From: Malacoraja senta
Taxonomy: Eukaryota
Assembly: GCA_038087875.1 (NCBI GenBank)
Contig: CM075996.1
Location: 9,922,001 to 9,986,000 of the forward strand
Direction: 5' to 3'
DNA length: 64,000 nucleotides
Of the stretch, positions 52,771 to 64,000 are shown piece by piece (position 1 is the first letter of the stretch; the number at the start of each line of letters is the position of its first letter). The notes beneath the pieces are model-generated. The model was given only the letters and a program-made list of their open reading frames with translations. It searched no databases and was not told the DNA's origin. The translations under genes were made by a program, and so were the position numbers.

Positions 52771-53421
52771 ATTTATTATTATTATTTATTAGAGTTATTA
52801 CATCTGCCATGACATGGCCCACTTCCCCAGTTTATCTAGATCCTGTTGTATTATTCAATAACCTTCTTCATTATACACTACAGCATCGATTCTGGTCCAT
52901 CTGCAAACTTACTAACCATGTTAACAACCATGTATCTCTAAGCTAAACTATGCCCCCGTTCCTTCACATTTCCACGTTGGAGAAAAACCTGCAGCCCCGT
53001 TCACTTGCTCTGCTCCACAGTCAAAACAAGTCCTGTAATTCTGTGGAGGAAGGAACTGCAGATGCTGGTTTAAACCGAAGATAGACGCAAAATGCTGAAG
53101 TAACTCAGCGGGTCAGTCAGCATCTCTAGAGAGAAGGAATGGCTCGAGACCCCTCTTCAGACTGAGTCAGGGGAGAAGGAAACTAGAGATATGGAAGGGT
53201 ACAAAGAACATGAAGAGGACAGATCAAAGCAGACGATGATGAAAGAAATGTACAAAGGTTCATTGTCAGCTGAGGAAAGGTGTCAACGAGGCATACAAAC
53301 TGTAAAACAGTAAAACTAATTCTGTCTGAAGAAGGGTCTCGACCTGAAACGTCACCCATTCCTTCTCTGCAGAGATACTGCCTGACCGGCTGAGTTACTC
53401 CAGCATTTTGTGCCTATCTTT

Positions 53422-53621
53422 NNNNNNNNNNNNNNNNNNNNNNNNNNNNNNNNNNNNNNNNNNNNNNNNNNNNNNNNNNNNNNNNNNNNNNNNNNNNNNN
53501 NNNNNNNNNNNNNNNNNNNNNNNNNNNNNNNNNNNNNNNNNNNNNNNNNNNNNNNNNNNNNNNNNNNNNNNNNNNNNNNNNNNNNNNNNNNNNNNNNNNN
53601 NNNNNNNNNNNNNNNNNNNNN
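53422..53621. other. Assembly gap (200 N)
   Basis: N run. Confidence 0.99.
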
Positions 53622-53979
53622 ACTCTGGGTGAAAAAGGTTTTCCTCTTCTCAGTCATAAATCCCTTATTATTAAACTGTGACCCTGGTTCTGGATTCCCT
53701 GAGCATCGGGAATATTGTTCCTGCATCTAACCTGTCCAATCCCTTAAGAATGTTATATGTTTCTGTAGGATCACCCCTCATCCTTCTAAATTCCAGTTAA
53801 TATAAGCCTAGTCGATCCATTCTTTTGAATATAAGCGGAGTCGATCCATTCTTAATGCTGGGCATCTGAAAGTATAATAGAAAATACTGGAAGCACTGAG
53901 CAGGTCAAGCAGCATCTTTGAACCTTTTAACGGGGGGGGGGGGGGGGAGGGGGGGGGAGGGGGGGGGGAGGGGGGAGCT

Positions 53980-54084
53980 GTCGGTCCTCCCGCCACCAGG
54001 GGGCGCTTGCCGCGGCCGTCAGTGCGGCGTGACGTCAGGGTGATGAACACGTGACGCCGGTGGCGGGCGGCGGATTCAAAGCGG
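53980..54084 (+). promoter_or_regulatory. CENPM proximal promoter / CpG island
   Basis: CCACCAGGGGGCGC (CTCF consensus, 53993-54006), TGACGTCA (CRE, 54030-37), CACGTG (E-box, 54048-53), TGGCGGG (E2F-like, 54061-67) and TTCAAA (reverse CHR, 54075-80), all directly upstream of the ATG. Confidence 0.8.
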
Positions 54085-54141
54085 ATGGCGGCGCTGCGGC
54101 CGCTCGCTAAACAGGCGGCGCTCAACACGGGCAGCGTCGTG
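54085..54141 (+). CDS. CENPM: Centromere protein M, coding exon 1 (MAALRPLAKQAALNTGSVV)
   Basis: ATG at 54085 in a CpG-rich promoter. The 19 codons resemble human MSVLRPLDKLPGLNTATIL. Phase-0 GT donor at 54142 (gtgggt). Confidence 0.93.
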
Positions 54142-54147
54142 GTGGGT

Positions 54148-55400
54148 CACCCTCACCCCTCACCTCCCCCCCCTCACCCCTCACCCCTCACCCCTCACCT
54201 CCCCCTCCCCCCACCCCCCCTCACTCCTCCCCCCCTCCCCCCTGACCCCTCCCCCTGCCCCCCTTCCCCCCCTCACTACCCCACTCACCCCCTCCCCTCC
54301 CCCTCACTACCCTCCACCCACCCCCTCAACCCCCTCCCCCTCACCCCTGCCCCCCTCACTCCCCCCCTCAACCCCCTCCCCCTCACCCCTGCCCCCCCTC
54401 ACTCCCCCCTCCACCCACCCTTCCCCCCTCACCCCCTCCTCCTCACTACCCCACTCCCCCCCCTCCCCCCTGCTCCCCTCACTCCCCCCCTCCCCCCCTC
54501 CACCCACCCCTCACCCCTTCCCCCCGCAATCCCCCTCACTACCCCTCACCCCCCCCCTCACTACCCCCACACCCCCTCCCCCTCACTACCTTCCACCCCC
54601 CCCTCAATCCCCCTCCCCCTCACTACCCCCCTCAACCCCCTCCCCCTTACCCCCCTCCCCCCTCACCCTCATTCCCCCCCTCCACCCACCCGCTCACCTC
54701 CCCTCCCCCTCAATCCCTCACCCCCTCTCCTCCTCACCTCTCCACCTCCCCTCCTCACCACACCCTTCTCCTCTCACCTCACCCTTCCCCCTCTTCCCCC
54801 TCACCACCCTCCCCTCACCCCCTACTCCCCCCCACCTTCCCCTAACCCCCTCCCCTCACCCTCACCCTCTACCCCACAACCCCCCTCACCTCCCCTCACC
54901 CTCTTCCCCCTCCCCTCCCCCCTTCCCCCTCCCCCTCACCCCCACTTCCCCCTCACCCACCTCCCCATCACCCCCTACCCCCCCAACCCATCACCTCTCC
55001 CTCACCTCTATCACCCTCGTCCACCCCATCTCCTCAACCCCCCCCTCACCCCACCTCTCCCTCACCCCCTCCACCCCCGGGCAGCATGGGCAGTGTGGTG
55101 GTGGGTACCTACTCTCCCCTAACCAATATTGAATGTCAGTAGACTTGATGGACCGAATGGCCTAATTCTGCTCCTATCACATGACCTTATGACCCTCTCT
55201 CCCTTCACTCTTCACCCCTCTCCAGCTGTCCCACTTCCCCCCCTCTCTCCCTCTCCCTGTTTCTTCACCCTTCTACCATCACCATTCTGTATCTCTCTCC
55301 CTTTCCTTCCCCCCCTCCCCCCCCTCCCCCCCCTCCCCCCCCTCCCCCCCCTCCCCCCTCCCCCCCCCCTCCCCCTCCCCCCTCCCCCCCTCCCCCCCAT
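54148..55400. repeat. C-rich low-complexity repeat in CENPM intron 1
   Basis: CCCCTCA / CCCCT units. Confidence 0.9.
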
Positions 55401-55531
55401 TTACACACAGCTGCCGAGGAGATATGGGGACAGGCCCATCAGGACATTAAGCTGGAAGGCTTCATGTCACTTTGGGTTGATGCATGATGGAGGGGTTATA
55501 TTTACATTATTTAATTATTTTTCTTTTGCAG

Positions 55532-55611
55532 TTAGTTGGAGCTGAATATCTTCCTTTGGATGAACTTGCAGCAGCTATTCTGAAGGAGAACAAGTCCTTT
55601 GAAGTGAATGT
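55532..55611 (+). CDS. CENPM: CENPM coding exon 2 (LVGAEYLPLDELAAAILKENKSFEVNV)
   Basis: ttcttttgcag acceptor and gtaagt donor; 80 nt, in frame with exon 1. Resembles human [27 protein letters not shown]. Confidence 0.95.
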
Positions 55612-56838
55612 GTAAGTTCTGATGATTACAGACTCCAAAATGTGTTAAATTCAAGGGCACTGGGAATCTTTGAGACACGTTGGAGTAATGGGTTGTCAGC
55701 TTTAGTTTAGTTTTAGAGACACAGCGCGGAAATAGGCCCTTTGACCCACTGTCCGCACCGACCAGCGATCTCCTCACATTAACACTATCCTACACACACT
55801 AGGAACAATTTTACACATACACCAAGCCAAGTGTGGGAGGAAACCGAAGATCTCGGAGAAAACCCACGCAGGTCACAGGGAGAACATACAAACTCCATAC
55901 AGACAGCGCCCGTAGTCAGGATCAAACCCGGGTCTACGGAGCTGTAAGGCAGCAACTCTATCGTTGCGCCACCATGCCGCCTGTGGAAGGTGTCCCAACC
56001 TGAAGCGTCACCTATCCATGTTCTCCAGAGATGCTGCCTGCTCCCGCACCAGTACATGCATGTTAGCATCTACTCTTCATGCCACTAAATATCTTAAGTT
56101 CCAGTAGAATGTTCTAGACAACCTTTTCAGCACAAGAATTAAAAAGCAAACTGGGGGAGGGGAATGTTGTCATACAGAGGGTGCTTGGTCGGCATGGGCA
56201 GGTTAGGCTGTAAGGCTGGTTTCTGTACTGTAGGGCTCTATGCTATAAATAATCCCCCTCTCAGGGCGAAACTGGCGCAGCGGTAGAGTTGCTGCCTCAC
56301 GGTACCAGGGACCCAGTTTGATCCTGACTATGGGTGCTGTCTGTATGGAGTTTGTATGTTCTCCATTTGGTGTCCAAAGCTCAGCTTAATCAAGAAAATA
56401 CCTATTCAAAAATGGCAGTGGGGTCCCAGGAACTGATGCACCACAAGTGGTTTTGATAGAGACTATATGAAATTAGATGAAGTCTTAAGAAGGATCCTGA
56501 CCCGAAAACATAATCTGTCCCTTCTCTCCACAGCTGCTGCCTAACCCACTGAGTTCCTCCAGCACTTTGCGTTTTGCTGTACTTAGATGTAGCTCAACCA
56601 TTATATCATTGAATGTGGGTCAGGATGAGAAACCGAGGCCTATTCTTGTTCCAGTGTCCTTTAGTTCTTTATGTTGATGTCTTAAGTTGTTGATGTACAA
56701 AAATTCGGTGTTTCCTTCATATGTCTTTCTCAATTTTAGCATTGTGGAATACCAGTATTTCAAATGATTGGCAAAACATTGGTTAAATTCAATAATAACT
56801 CATCCTTTCCCTAACATCGTGTTAGTTAGCCAAGGGTT

Positions 56839-56979
56839 GGGGTGGGAGATTGCAACCTTCACGTGGTCCGCCCTGTTTCGACGAATGCAATCAACCCGGC
56901 GTGCACAATCAAATAAGATCAAATAGAACAAGTTGTCCGACAACTTTAGGCTGTGCACGCCATACGCAAGAAGAAGAAG
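56839..56979 (+). mobile_element. Short retroposon, family B copy 2, minimal HDV-like ribozyme (56839-56892) with (AAG)4 tail; sense orientation in CENPM intron 2
   Basis: 12-bp TSD TTAGCCAAGGGT (56826-37 / 56980-91). P1 GGGGTGG/CCGCCCT, P2 GATTGCA/TGCAATC, P3 ACC/GGT, L3 TTCACGT, J4/2 ACGAA; 3' stem GGCGTGCACA/TGTGCACGCC. Confidence 0.88.
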
Positions 56980-57618
56980 TTAGCCAAGGGTAAAGGCTGG
57001 AAATATATTGATCAAAGCACACAGTATTAGAGTAACTTAGTGGATCAGGCAGCATCTGTGGAGGGAATGGATAGGCGATGTTTCAGGTAGGATCCCTTCA
57101 GACATGGATTGGAAATATATTTCCTATATTACCGGGTTTTTGGGGCTGACAACTGTCAGTTAACAGATGTGGAATTTTTTCTATTTATTTAGTTTAGAGA
57201 TATAGCATGGAAACAGGCCCTTCGTCCCACCGAATCTGCGCCAACCAGTGATCTCTGTACATTGGCACTATCCTTCACACTAGGGGCAAATTACAACTTT
57301 TATCGAAGACAAATTAACCGATAAACCAGTACGTTTTTGGAGTGTGAGATGAAACTGGAGCACCCGGGGAAAACCCATATGGTCACGGGGAGAACATACA
57401 AGCCCCCTACAAACAGGCACCCGTAGTCAGGATCGAACCGGGGTCTCTGGCGCTGTAAGGCAGCAGCTCTACCACTGCACCACCATGTGGCATTAGTTTT
57501 CTTTAAGTCAATTCAGTCTTTGTCTTTTCACTGAGAAAATATTCAGTAAGGTAAACTTGTGTTTTACGGGATATCTTCCATTATATTTTGCATTATTATC
57601 TTGCATTATTTTTTTCAG

Positions 57619-57717
57619 CCATTTAGCAAAATGTCTGCCATTACCGGTGGAAAATGAGCACACCCGGCCTCGAATCGACCTCATCGTGTTCCTAATAGAT
57701 GTGCGTAGTCAGCACAG
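57619..57717 (+). CDS. CENPM: CENPM coding exon 3 ([33 protein letters not shown])
   Basis: tttttcag acceptor and gtgagc donor; 99 nt, phase 2-2. Contains the hallmark HLAKxLPLP...RPRIDLIVF. Confidence 0.97.
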
Positions 57718-60700
57718 GTGAGCTGGAGTGATCTTTAAAACCAAGGCATCTTTGATCCCATTGTTCAAATCAGATGGTGCTACATTGCACAGTTCATGGT
57801 ATGCACAGATTCACGATTATCCCCTAGTAGTGTGTCACCATTTGCATCTGGTGATATTGTAAGCTGATAGAAACATAGCAAAATAGGTGCAAGAGTAGAC
57901 CATTTTTCACACAGAGAGTGGTGAATCTGTGGAATTCTCTGCCACAGAAGGTAGTTGAGGCCAGTTCATTGGCTATATTTAAGAGGGAGTTAGATGTGGC
58001 CCTTGTGGCTAAAGGGATCATGGGGTATGGAGAGAAGGCAGGTACAGGATACTGAGTTGGATGATCAGCCATGATCATATTGAATGGCGGTGCAGGCTCG
58101 AAGGGGCCGAATGGCCTACTCCTGCATCTATTTTCTATGTTTCTATGTTTCTATATGGCCCTACGAGCCAGCACCGCCATTCAATATGATCTAAAATTAG
58201 TACCCCTGATGAGAAAGGTCCAAGTCTTCCAATGTAACTCGACATATTGATCATGAACACAGCATTATTTTAGATCAAAATACACGGTGGTGGAGGAACT
58301 TAGCAGGCCAGGCAGCATCTCTGGAGGGTATAGATAGGCCTATCCATCCCTTCCACAGATGCTGCCTGACCCAACGAGTTACTCCAGCAGTTTGTGTGTT
58401 TGATTTAAAATGATGCTGTGTTCTATTGCACAGTTCATTGAGAGCAATATTTAGTTTAGAGATACATCGTGGAAGCAGGTCCTTCAGCCCACCGAGTCTA
58501 CGCCGACCGGTGATCACCCCGTACACCAGGGACTTTTTTTTTGCAGAAGCCAATTAACCTAAAAACCTGGATGTCTTTGAGTGTGGGGGAAAACCCGGAA
58601 CACCCGGAGAAAACCCACACGATCACAGGGAGAACGTACAAAGACTGAACGAATAACAACCGTAGTCAGGATCGAACCCAGGTCTCTGGCGCTGTAAGGC
58701 AGCAGCTCTACTGCTGCATGGCTATGCTATTCTGCTCAAAATTCCAGCATCTGCAGTTCCTTGTGTCATCATTTTATCTCAATTGCGTTGTTAACAGAGG
58801 AAGTGGGAACTCTTCATCAGTTTGCACTTAGAGTTTCTTCAGCTAATGCATCTAACTTAATGGATTATTTTTAGAATACTGTATAACCTTTTGTTGGAAC
58901 AAAACCTAATGAAGTAATAACTTGTTATCTAGAGTCCTTTAAGATTGTATTAGTCAAGAGTGTTTTTGTGTAATGTCCCGAAACAGAACAATGAAATTCT
59001 TGCTTGGAGCAATACAACATATGTGTAAATATATTACACTGTGAAAACTATAATAATCAACGACAAAAAAGTTCAGTATATATAACATAAAGCAAACCGA
59101 CAAATAAATAGACAATAGTAGTGCAAAGTAAAAAATGATGTCTCATTTAGAACTATAGAGTTCTGAGCCCTTTTGGAGGTTGTAGTATTTAATAGCCTAA
59201 TGGTTGTAAGGAAGTTGTTCCTGAACCTGGACATTACAGTTTTCAGGTTGTCCTATACCTTCTTCCCGATGGCAGCAGTGGGATTAGTTGAGTTTAAGTT
59301 GCGTGTAGTTTATTGTCACGTGTACCGAGGTACAATAAAAATCTTTTTGTGGCATGCTAACAAGTCAGCGGAAAGACAATACATGATTACAATCGAGCCG
59401 TCCACAGTGTACAGATACCTGATATTTAATTGAGATGGAAATAACGTTTAGTGCACGATCAAGTCCAGTAAAGTCCGATCAAAGATAGCCTGTGGGTCAC
59501 CAATGAGGTAGATAGTAGCTCAGGACTGCTCTCTAGCTGTTGGTAGGATGGTTCAGTTGCCTGATAACAGCTGGGAAGAAATTGTCCCTGATTCTGGAGG
59601 TGCACGTTTTTGCGCTTCTATACCGTTTGCCCGATGAGAGAGGAGAGAAGAGGGAGTCTCTGATGATGCTGTCTGCCTTTTAGAGGCAGCGACTCTTTTA
59701 GATCCCTTCGATGGTGGGGAGGTCAGTACCCGTGATGGACTGGGCAGTAGACACAAAATGCTGGAGTAACTCAGCGGGTCAGGCAGCATCTCTGGAGAGA
59801 AGGAATGGGTGACGTTTCGGGTCGAAACCAATGAAATCATTTAAGAGCTGCAGATGCTGGAATCTTGAGGGAAATATCTGTATAGCAGCATCTGTATAAA
59901 CAGTGAATTCTCCAGATTTTAGATAACTCCATAACTCTCCCCTCCCCTCTTCTCCCATATAAACCCACCCTTCTTCCCCATCCCCTCCTCCCCTGTGCCC
60001 CACTGGACTCGCACCAATACATGTTCTCCCCTCCCACCTACATTCTCTCTTCAAGCATCTCAATCCCTTTGTCTCCCGCCTTCTGTGTTTTCTTCTCTGG
60101 CCTTTGCCCAAACCATCTGTCCATCTGCCTAGCTTTGACCTTCCCCTCTCTTCCAACTTTCTTAACCCTCCCCCCCCCCCCCCACCCTCTCCCATGCCTA
60201 CAAACAGTCTGAAGGTTCCTGACCCGAAACGTCACTATCCATGTTTTCATGATATGCTACTTGGCCTGCTGAGTTATTCCAGCACTCTGTCTTCTTTTGT
60301 AAACTGGTATCTGCAGTTTCTATATAGTATAAATAATGTTAGGTTAAATAAGTAGTTGGCATTGAATGTCAGCCAGAGGAGAGTTACTGGTGTTTAATTA
60401 GTGCTGTGCATTTCTATCGTCAGTGCACTGTCGTCAGCCTAGGTAAAGTACTTTGAGATCTTGATACCATGTCCCTTTGATGTACAGAAGTTCTATCATC
60501 AAGCCAAGACTGATACAATTAATAACTTGAGGTTCATACAGGGGTGCAGCACTACCAGTGTGGCGGTGGAGGCAGAAATGATAATGTTGTTGTTGAGGCT
60601 TTTAGATAGGCACATGGCTATGCAAGGAATGGGTAGATATGGATCACACGCAGGCAGAGGAGATTAGTTTGACGACATCATGTTTGGCGCGGACATGGTG

Positions 60701-60888
60701 GGCTGAAAGGCGTGTTCCTCTGCTGTACAATTTTAATTTCTATGTTAAATTAAGCAAAATTACATCAATTGTAAGATGTTGAATGCAGTATGATATTTCA
60801 GTTTTAATATATGAGACCCAGTACACTAAACTGTTGGAATTGGTTAATGTAGTATTTCTCTGTTGAAAGTGTCGCTTTCATAAGTCCA

Positions 60889-61612
60889 CTAGACCAAGTG
60901 CAGACCCGTTGGGTCTGGTCCCCCAACGCACCCATCCCCTACCCGTCCCCCCCATAGGAGGCGTGGGGGGCAGAGAGGGAGGGGGGGTGCGTCGTCACAG
61001 GGGAGGGCTGGTTCCCCAACGCAATACTCCCGGCTGGTGGGTCGCGGCTGCAGGCGACAGGGCCCGAGTACGGCGGAGTGGTCGGGGGGAGGGGGGGGGG
61101 GGGGTAATGTCACTCGCAGCGCAAGCAAGAAGACAGCGGCTTTTTTTCCAGTCTTTTCAGATTTTTGAACATTTTCATTAATAACTGGAGAAATAAAGTA
61201 TGAATTTTTCAGATAAGGCGATTTCAGACTCCAGGGGGAAAATCTCTACCGGAATATGTAAACACTTTACCGTTGGCGTGTAGTTTTTTTGAGAAGATGT
61301 GATTATACACAAACAAACACACACACATGAACACACACACACACACACACACGAACACGAACACACACACACGAACACACACACACGCACAAGCACGCAC
61401 ACACACACACACACGAACATACACACACACACACACACACAAACACACACACGAACACGAACACACACATGAACACACACACGCGCACACACACACACAA
61501 ACACGGACACACACACACGAACACACACACACACACACGAACACACACACGAACACACACACACGAACACACACACACACAAGATCAGACTTTTAATAGG
61601 TATATGATATGA
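60889..61612 (-). mobile_element. Non-autonomous Helitron carrying a (CA)n-type microsatellite
   Basis: Minus strand 5'-TC...CTAG-3'; hairpin CAGACCC-GTT-GGGTCTG (60901-17) 8 nt from the CTAG; inserted between A and T without TSD. Confidence 0.8.
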
Positions 61613-61881
61613 TAAGTTATAGGTGCAGAATTAGGCCATTCATCCCATCAAGTCTTCATTTAATCATGGCATCTATCTTGGGGAATTGTAGGTCTACTCC
61701 GCCATTCAACCATGGCTGATCTATCATTTTCTGTCAACCCCATTCTCCTGTCTTCTCCCCATAACCTATGACAACCTTTGTATTGATTTGTGCCGAGATT
61801 AACTAACGATGGCGTTTCAGTTTTCTCATTCACAATGTGTTTGAGTGCTTGTCCTAATTATTACCCTGCGCAGGTGGAGAG

Positions 61882-62372
61882 TTTTTTTTTTAATTTAAAA
61901 AAATATATATTTTAATTTTATTAGAAGTAAGTACAATTGTATACAATCATATTTTCATAATACCTTTTATGTACAGCTTATTTAACAATTTTTTTGTAAT
62001 AAAGAAGAAAAAGAAAAAAGTTAGATAATGAAAAATAGAAATATGTGAGATATATAAGGTGTGTGAAAAAGAAAAATAGAGAGTGAAAAAAGAAAGTTAA
62101 GACATAGAAAATAGAAGAAGAGAGTAAAAGAAGAAAAGAGAAGAAAAGAAAATAGAAGTAAGGAGATCATTTATAATCTTGACCATCCCTCACCCAATCA
62201 CGGATTAGCTTTTACACCTGTGTTGCACCATATGTTTCCAAAAAGACGACAAATGGAGACCAACTCGTTATGAATTGGTCAAATTTATCTATTAGGAGGA
62301 ATCGCATTTCCTCAAGATGTGCGGTATCCAACATACTTGCAATCCACATTTTGAGCGTTGGTATTGGTGCGC
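61882..62372 (-). mobile_element. L1 3' fragment
   Basis: APIPTLKMWIASMLDTAHLEEMRF..FITSWSPF (L1 ORF2-like end), followed by a T-rich UTR and A-rich tail. Confidence 0.7.
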
Positions 62373-62751
62373 AGTAAGCGGCAAATTCTCATTTCGTATT
62401 CTAACAGCAAAACTGTGAACAATAGGGCAACTTCTCTATTTAACAATTCAGCAAAAAAGAAATTGTGATAAAGATGCTAAGAAAATGAGCATTTGCTATA
62501 ACACTGCTGGCAGCAATGGCTTTCATGCTTAACAGCAACATAAACATGGGGAATGAATCCAACGGTGGTTGGCAGGTAACATCTTAAAAATATGTGGCCC
62601 TCCTTTTACACAAGCTAGGCACTAACATCAGAATAAAACAGCATTACTGTGCAATATTTAGCACCATTGTACAGGTTCTCTCTCCTGCCCTGTGTAAATG
62701 GCAAGCATAATCAAAGGAAATTGTACACGGGGCTTTGTTTTTATATTTCAG

Positions 62752-62831
62752 TGTTGAAGTTGTGAGATCGTCACTGGCCTATGTCGATGTGAACTTCTTC
62801 CTTGGAAAAGTTTGCTTTCTTGCCGTTGGGG
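62752..62831 (+). CDS. CENPM: CENPM coding exon 4 (VEVVRSSLAYVDVNFFLGKVCFLAVG); the gene continues beyond the window
   Basis: tatttcag acceptor and gtaagt donor; 80 nt. Contains the hallmark VDxxFFLGKVCFLA. Confidence 0.97.
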
Positions 62832-64000
62832 GTAAGTTCAGAGCGATGGAAATGATTTGAATTCCTGGTGCGGCACTCATGTGCAACTCCCTGCTCTCCT
62901 TTCCCTGTCTCTTGTACTCCTCAAGCCAGATCTTCCATCGCCAGCACACTGGGACAGTTTTTAGACTCACCTTCAAGTTCCTTTTAACCGTGGACGAAGC
63001 TGACTCCTGGTTCAGGGTTGCAAAAATAATCAATTTAGTTTAGTTTAGAGATGCAGCGCGGGAACAGGCCCTCCGGCCCACCGAGTCTGCACCGACCAGC
63101 GATACCCGCACATTAACACTATCCTACACACATTAGGGACAATTTTACATTTATACCAAGTCAATTAACCTACAAACCTGTACGTCTTTGGAGTGCGGGA
63201 GGAAACCGAAGTTCTCGGAGAAAACCCACGCAGGTCACAGGGAGAACGTACAAAGTCTGTACAGACAAGCACCCGTAGTCAGGATCGACCCCGGTCTCTG
63301 GTGCTCTAATGCAATAGCTCTAACACTAACCCACCGTGTTGTTGATCACAAATAATCTAATTAGATTTAAATCTAATCTTGAAATTCGACAGTGACCCAA
63401 AATCAAATTTGGATTAAATGTGTAGGAAGGAACTGGAGATGCTGATTTCTGGCGAAGATAGACACAAAATGCTGGAGCAACTCAGCAGGTCAGGCGGCAT
63501 CACTGGAGAAAAGGAATAGGTGACGTTTCAGGTCGAGACCCTTCTTCAGACTGAGCGATTTTGTAGGGGAATGGACAAAATGTGGGAAGGAACTGCAGAT
63601 GCTGGTTTACGCCAAAGATAGACACAAAATGCTGGAGTAACTCAGCGACTCAGTCTGAAGAAGGGTCTCAACCCGAAGCGTCACCGTTTCCCCAGTGATT
63701 TTGCCTGACCCGCTGAGTTACTCCATCATTTTGTGTCGAATTTAGGTTTAGTCGGGTTTGGTGAGAAAGTGAGTTTACAGGGTGGACAATGAAGCACAGG
63801 TGAAGGTCAGATTCTGCAGGATGGGTTGGAGAGCACTATGTACAGCAGTAGGATCATGGTGTGTGTAAAGTTGTGTTCACTGCTGACTGAAGATTAATGG
63901 TGGGAGGTCCAGAGTGTAGTCATGAAGTATATCTCCACAGCTGTAAGGGAAAGTATTCACATGGGGATTTAGCATTGCAACAATAGCCAATAGGTGCAGG

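Noticed and set aside
45900..53900. SMIM45 microprotein, expected between CENPM and SEPTIN3 from human synteny
   Set aside because: No MPHFLDWF-like frame found by eye or in the ORF track. Absence is not proven, given the gaps and no TBLASTN.
54085..55122. 345-aa proline-rich ORF
   Set aside because: Only the first 19 codons are CENPM exon 1; the rest is read-through into a C-rich intronic repeat.

Overview
Vertebrate genomic DNA, almost certainly from a cartilaginous fish (skate/ray-like), judged from abundant HE1-type V-SINEs with CR1 tails and Penelope, Rex1/Babar and L2 fragments. There are two 200-N gaps and most of the window is repeat-derived. The only confidently identified gene is CENPM (+ strand; exons 1-4 at 54085-54141, 55532-55611, 57619-57717, 62752-62831, continuing past the window end), with a compact CTCF/CRE/E-box/E2F/CHR promoter. 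Divergent from it is a unique, splice-bounded 1.4-kb coding-like exon (45615-44217, minus), possibly the long N-terminal exon of SEPTIN3 (synteny inference only). Main finding: four short (125-170 bp) TSD-flanked insertions from three sequence families (5147-5314, 8197-8366, 18396-18520, 56839-56979). Each begins at the predicted cleavage-site G of an HDV/CPEB3-like ribozyme fold and ends in a purine-rich or (AAG)n tail, suggesting promoter-less, ribozyme-headed SINE-like retroposons. Also present: many Penelope minimal-hammerhead motifs, seven Harbinger-type MITEs, a hAT MITE, a non-autonomous Helitron, a solo LTR inside a deleted HERO-like element, and a teleost-like CORE SINE. All family assignments come from manual reading and recalled consensus features; no searches were run.
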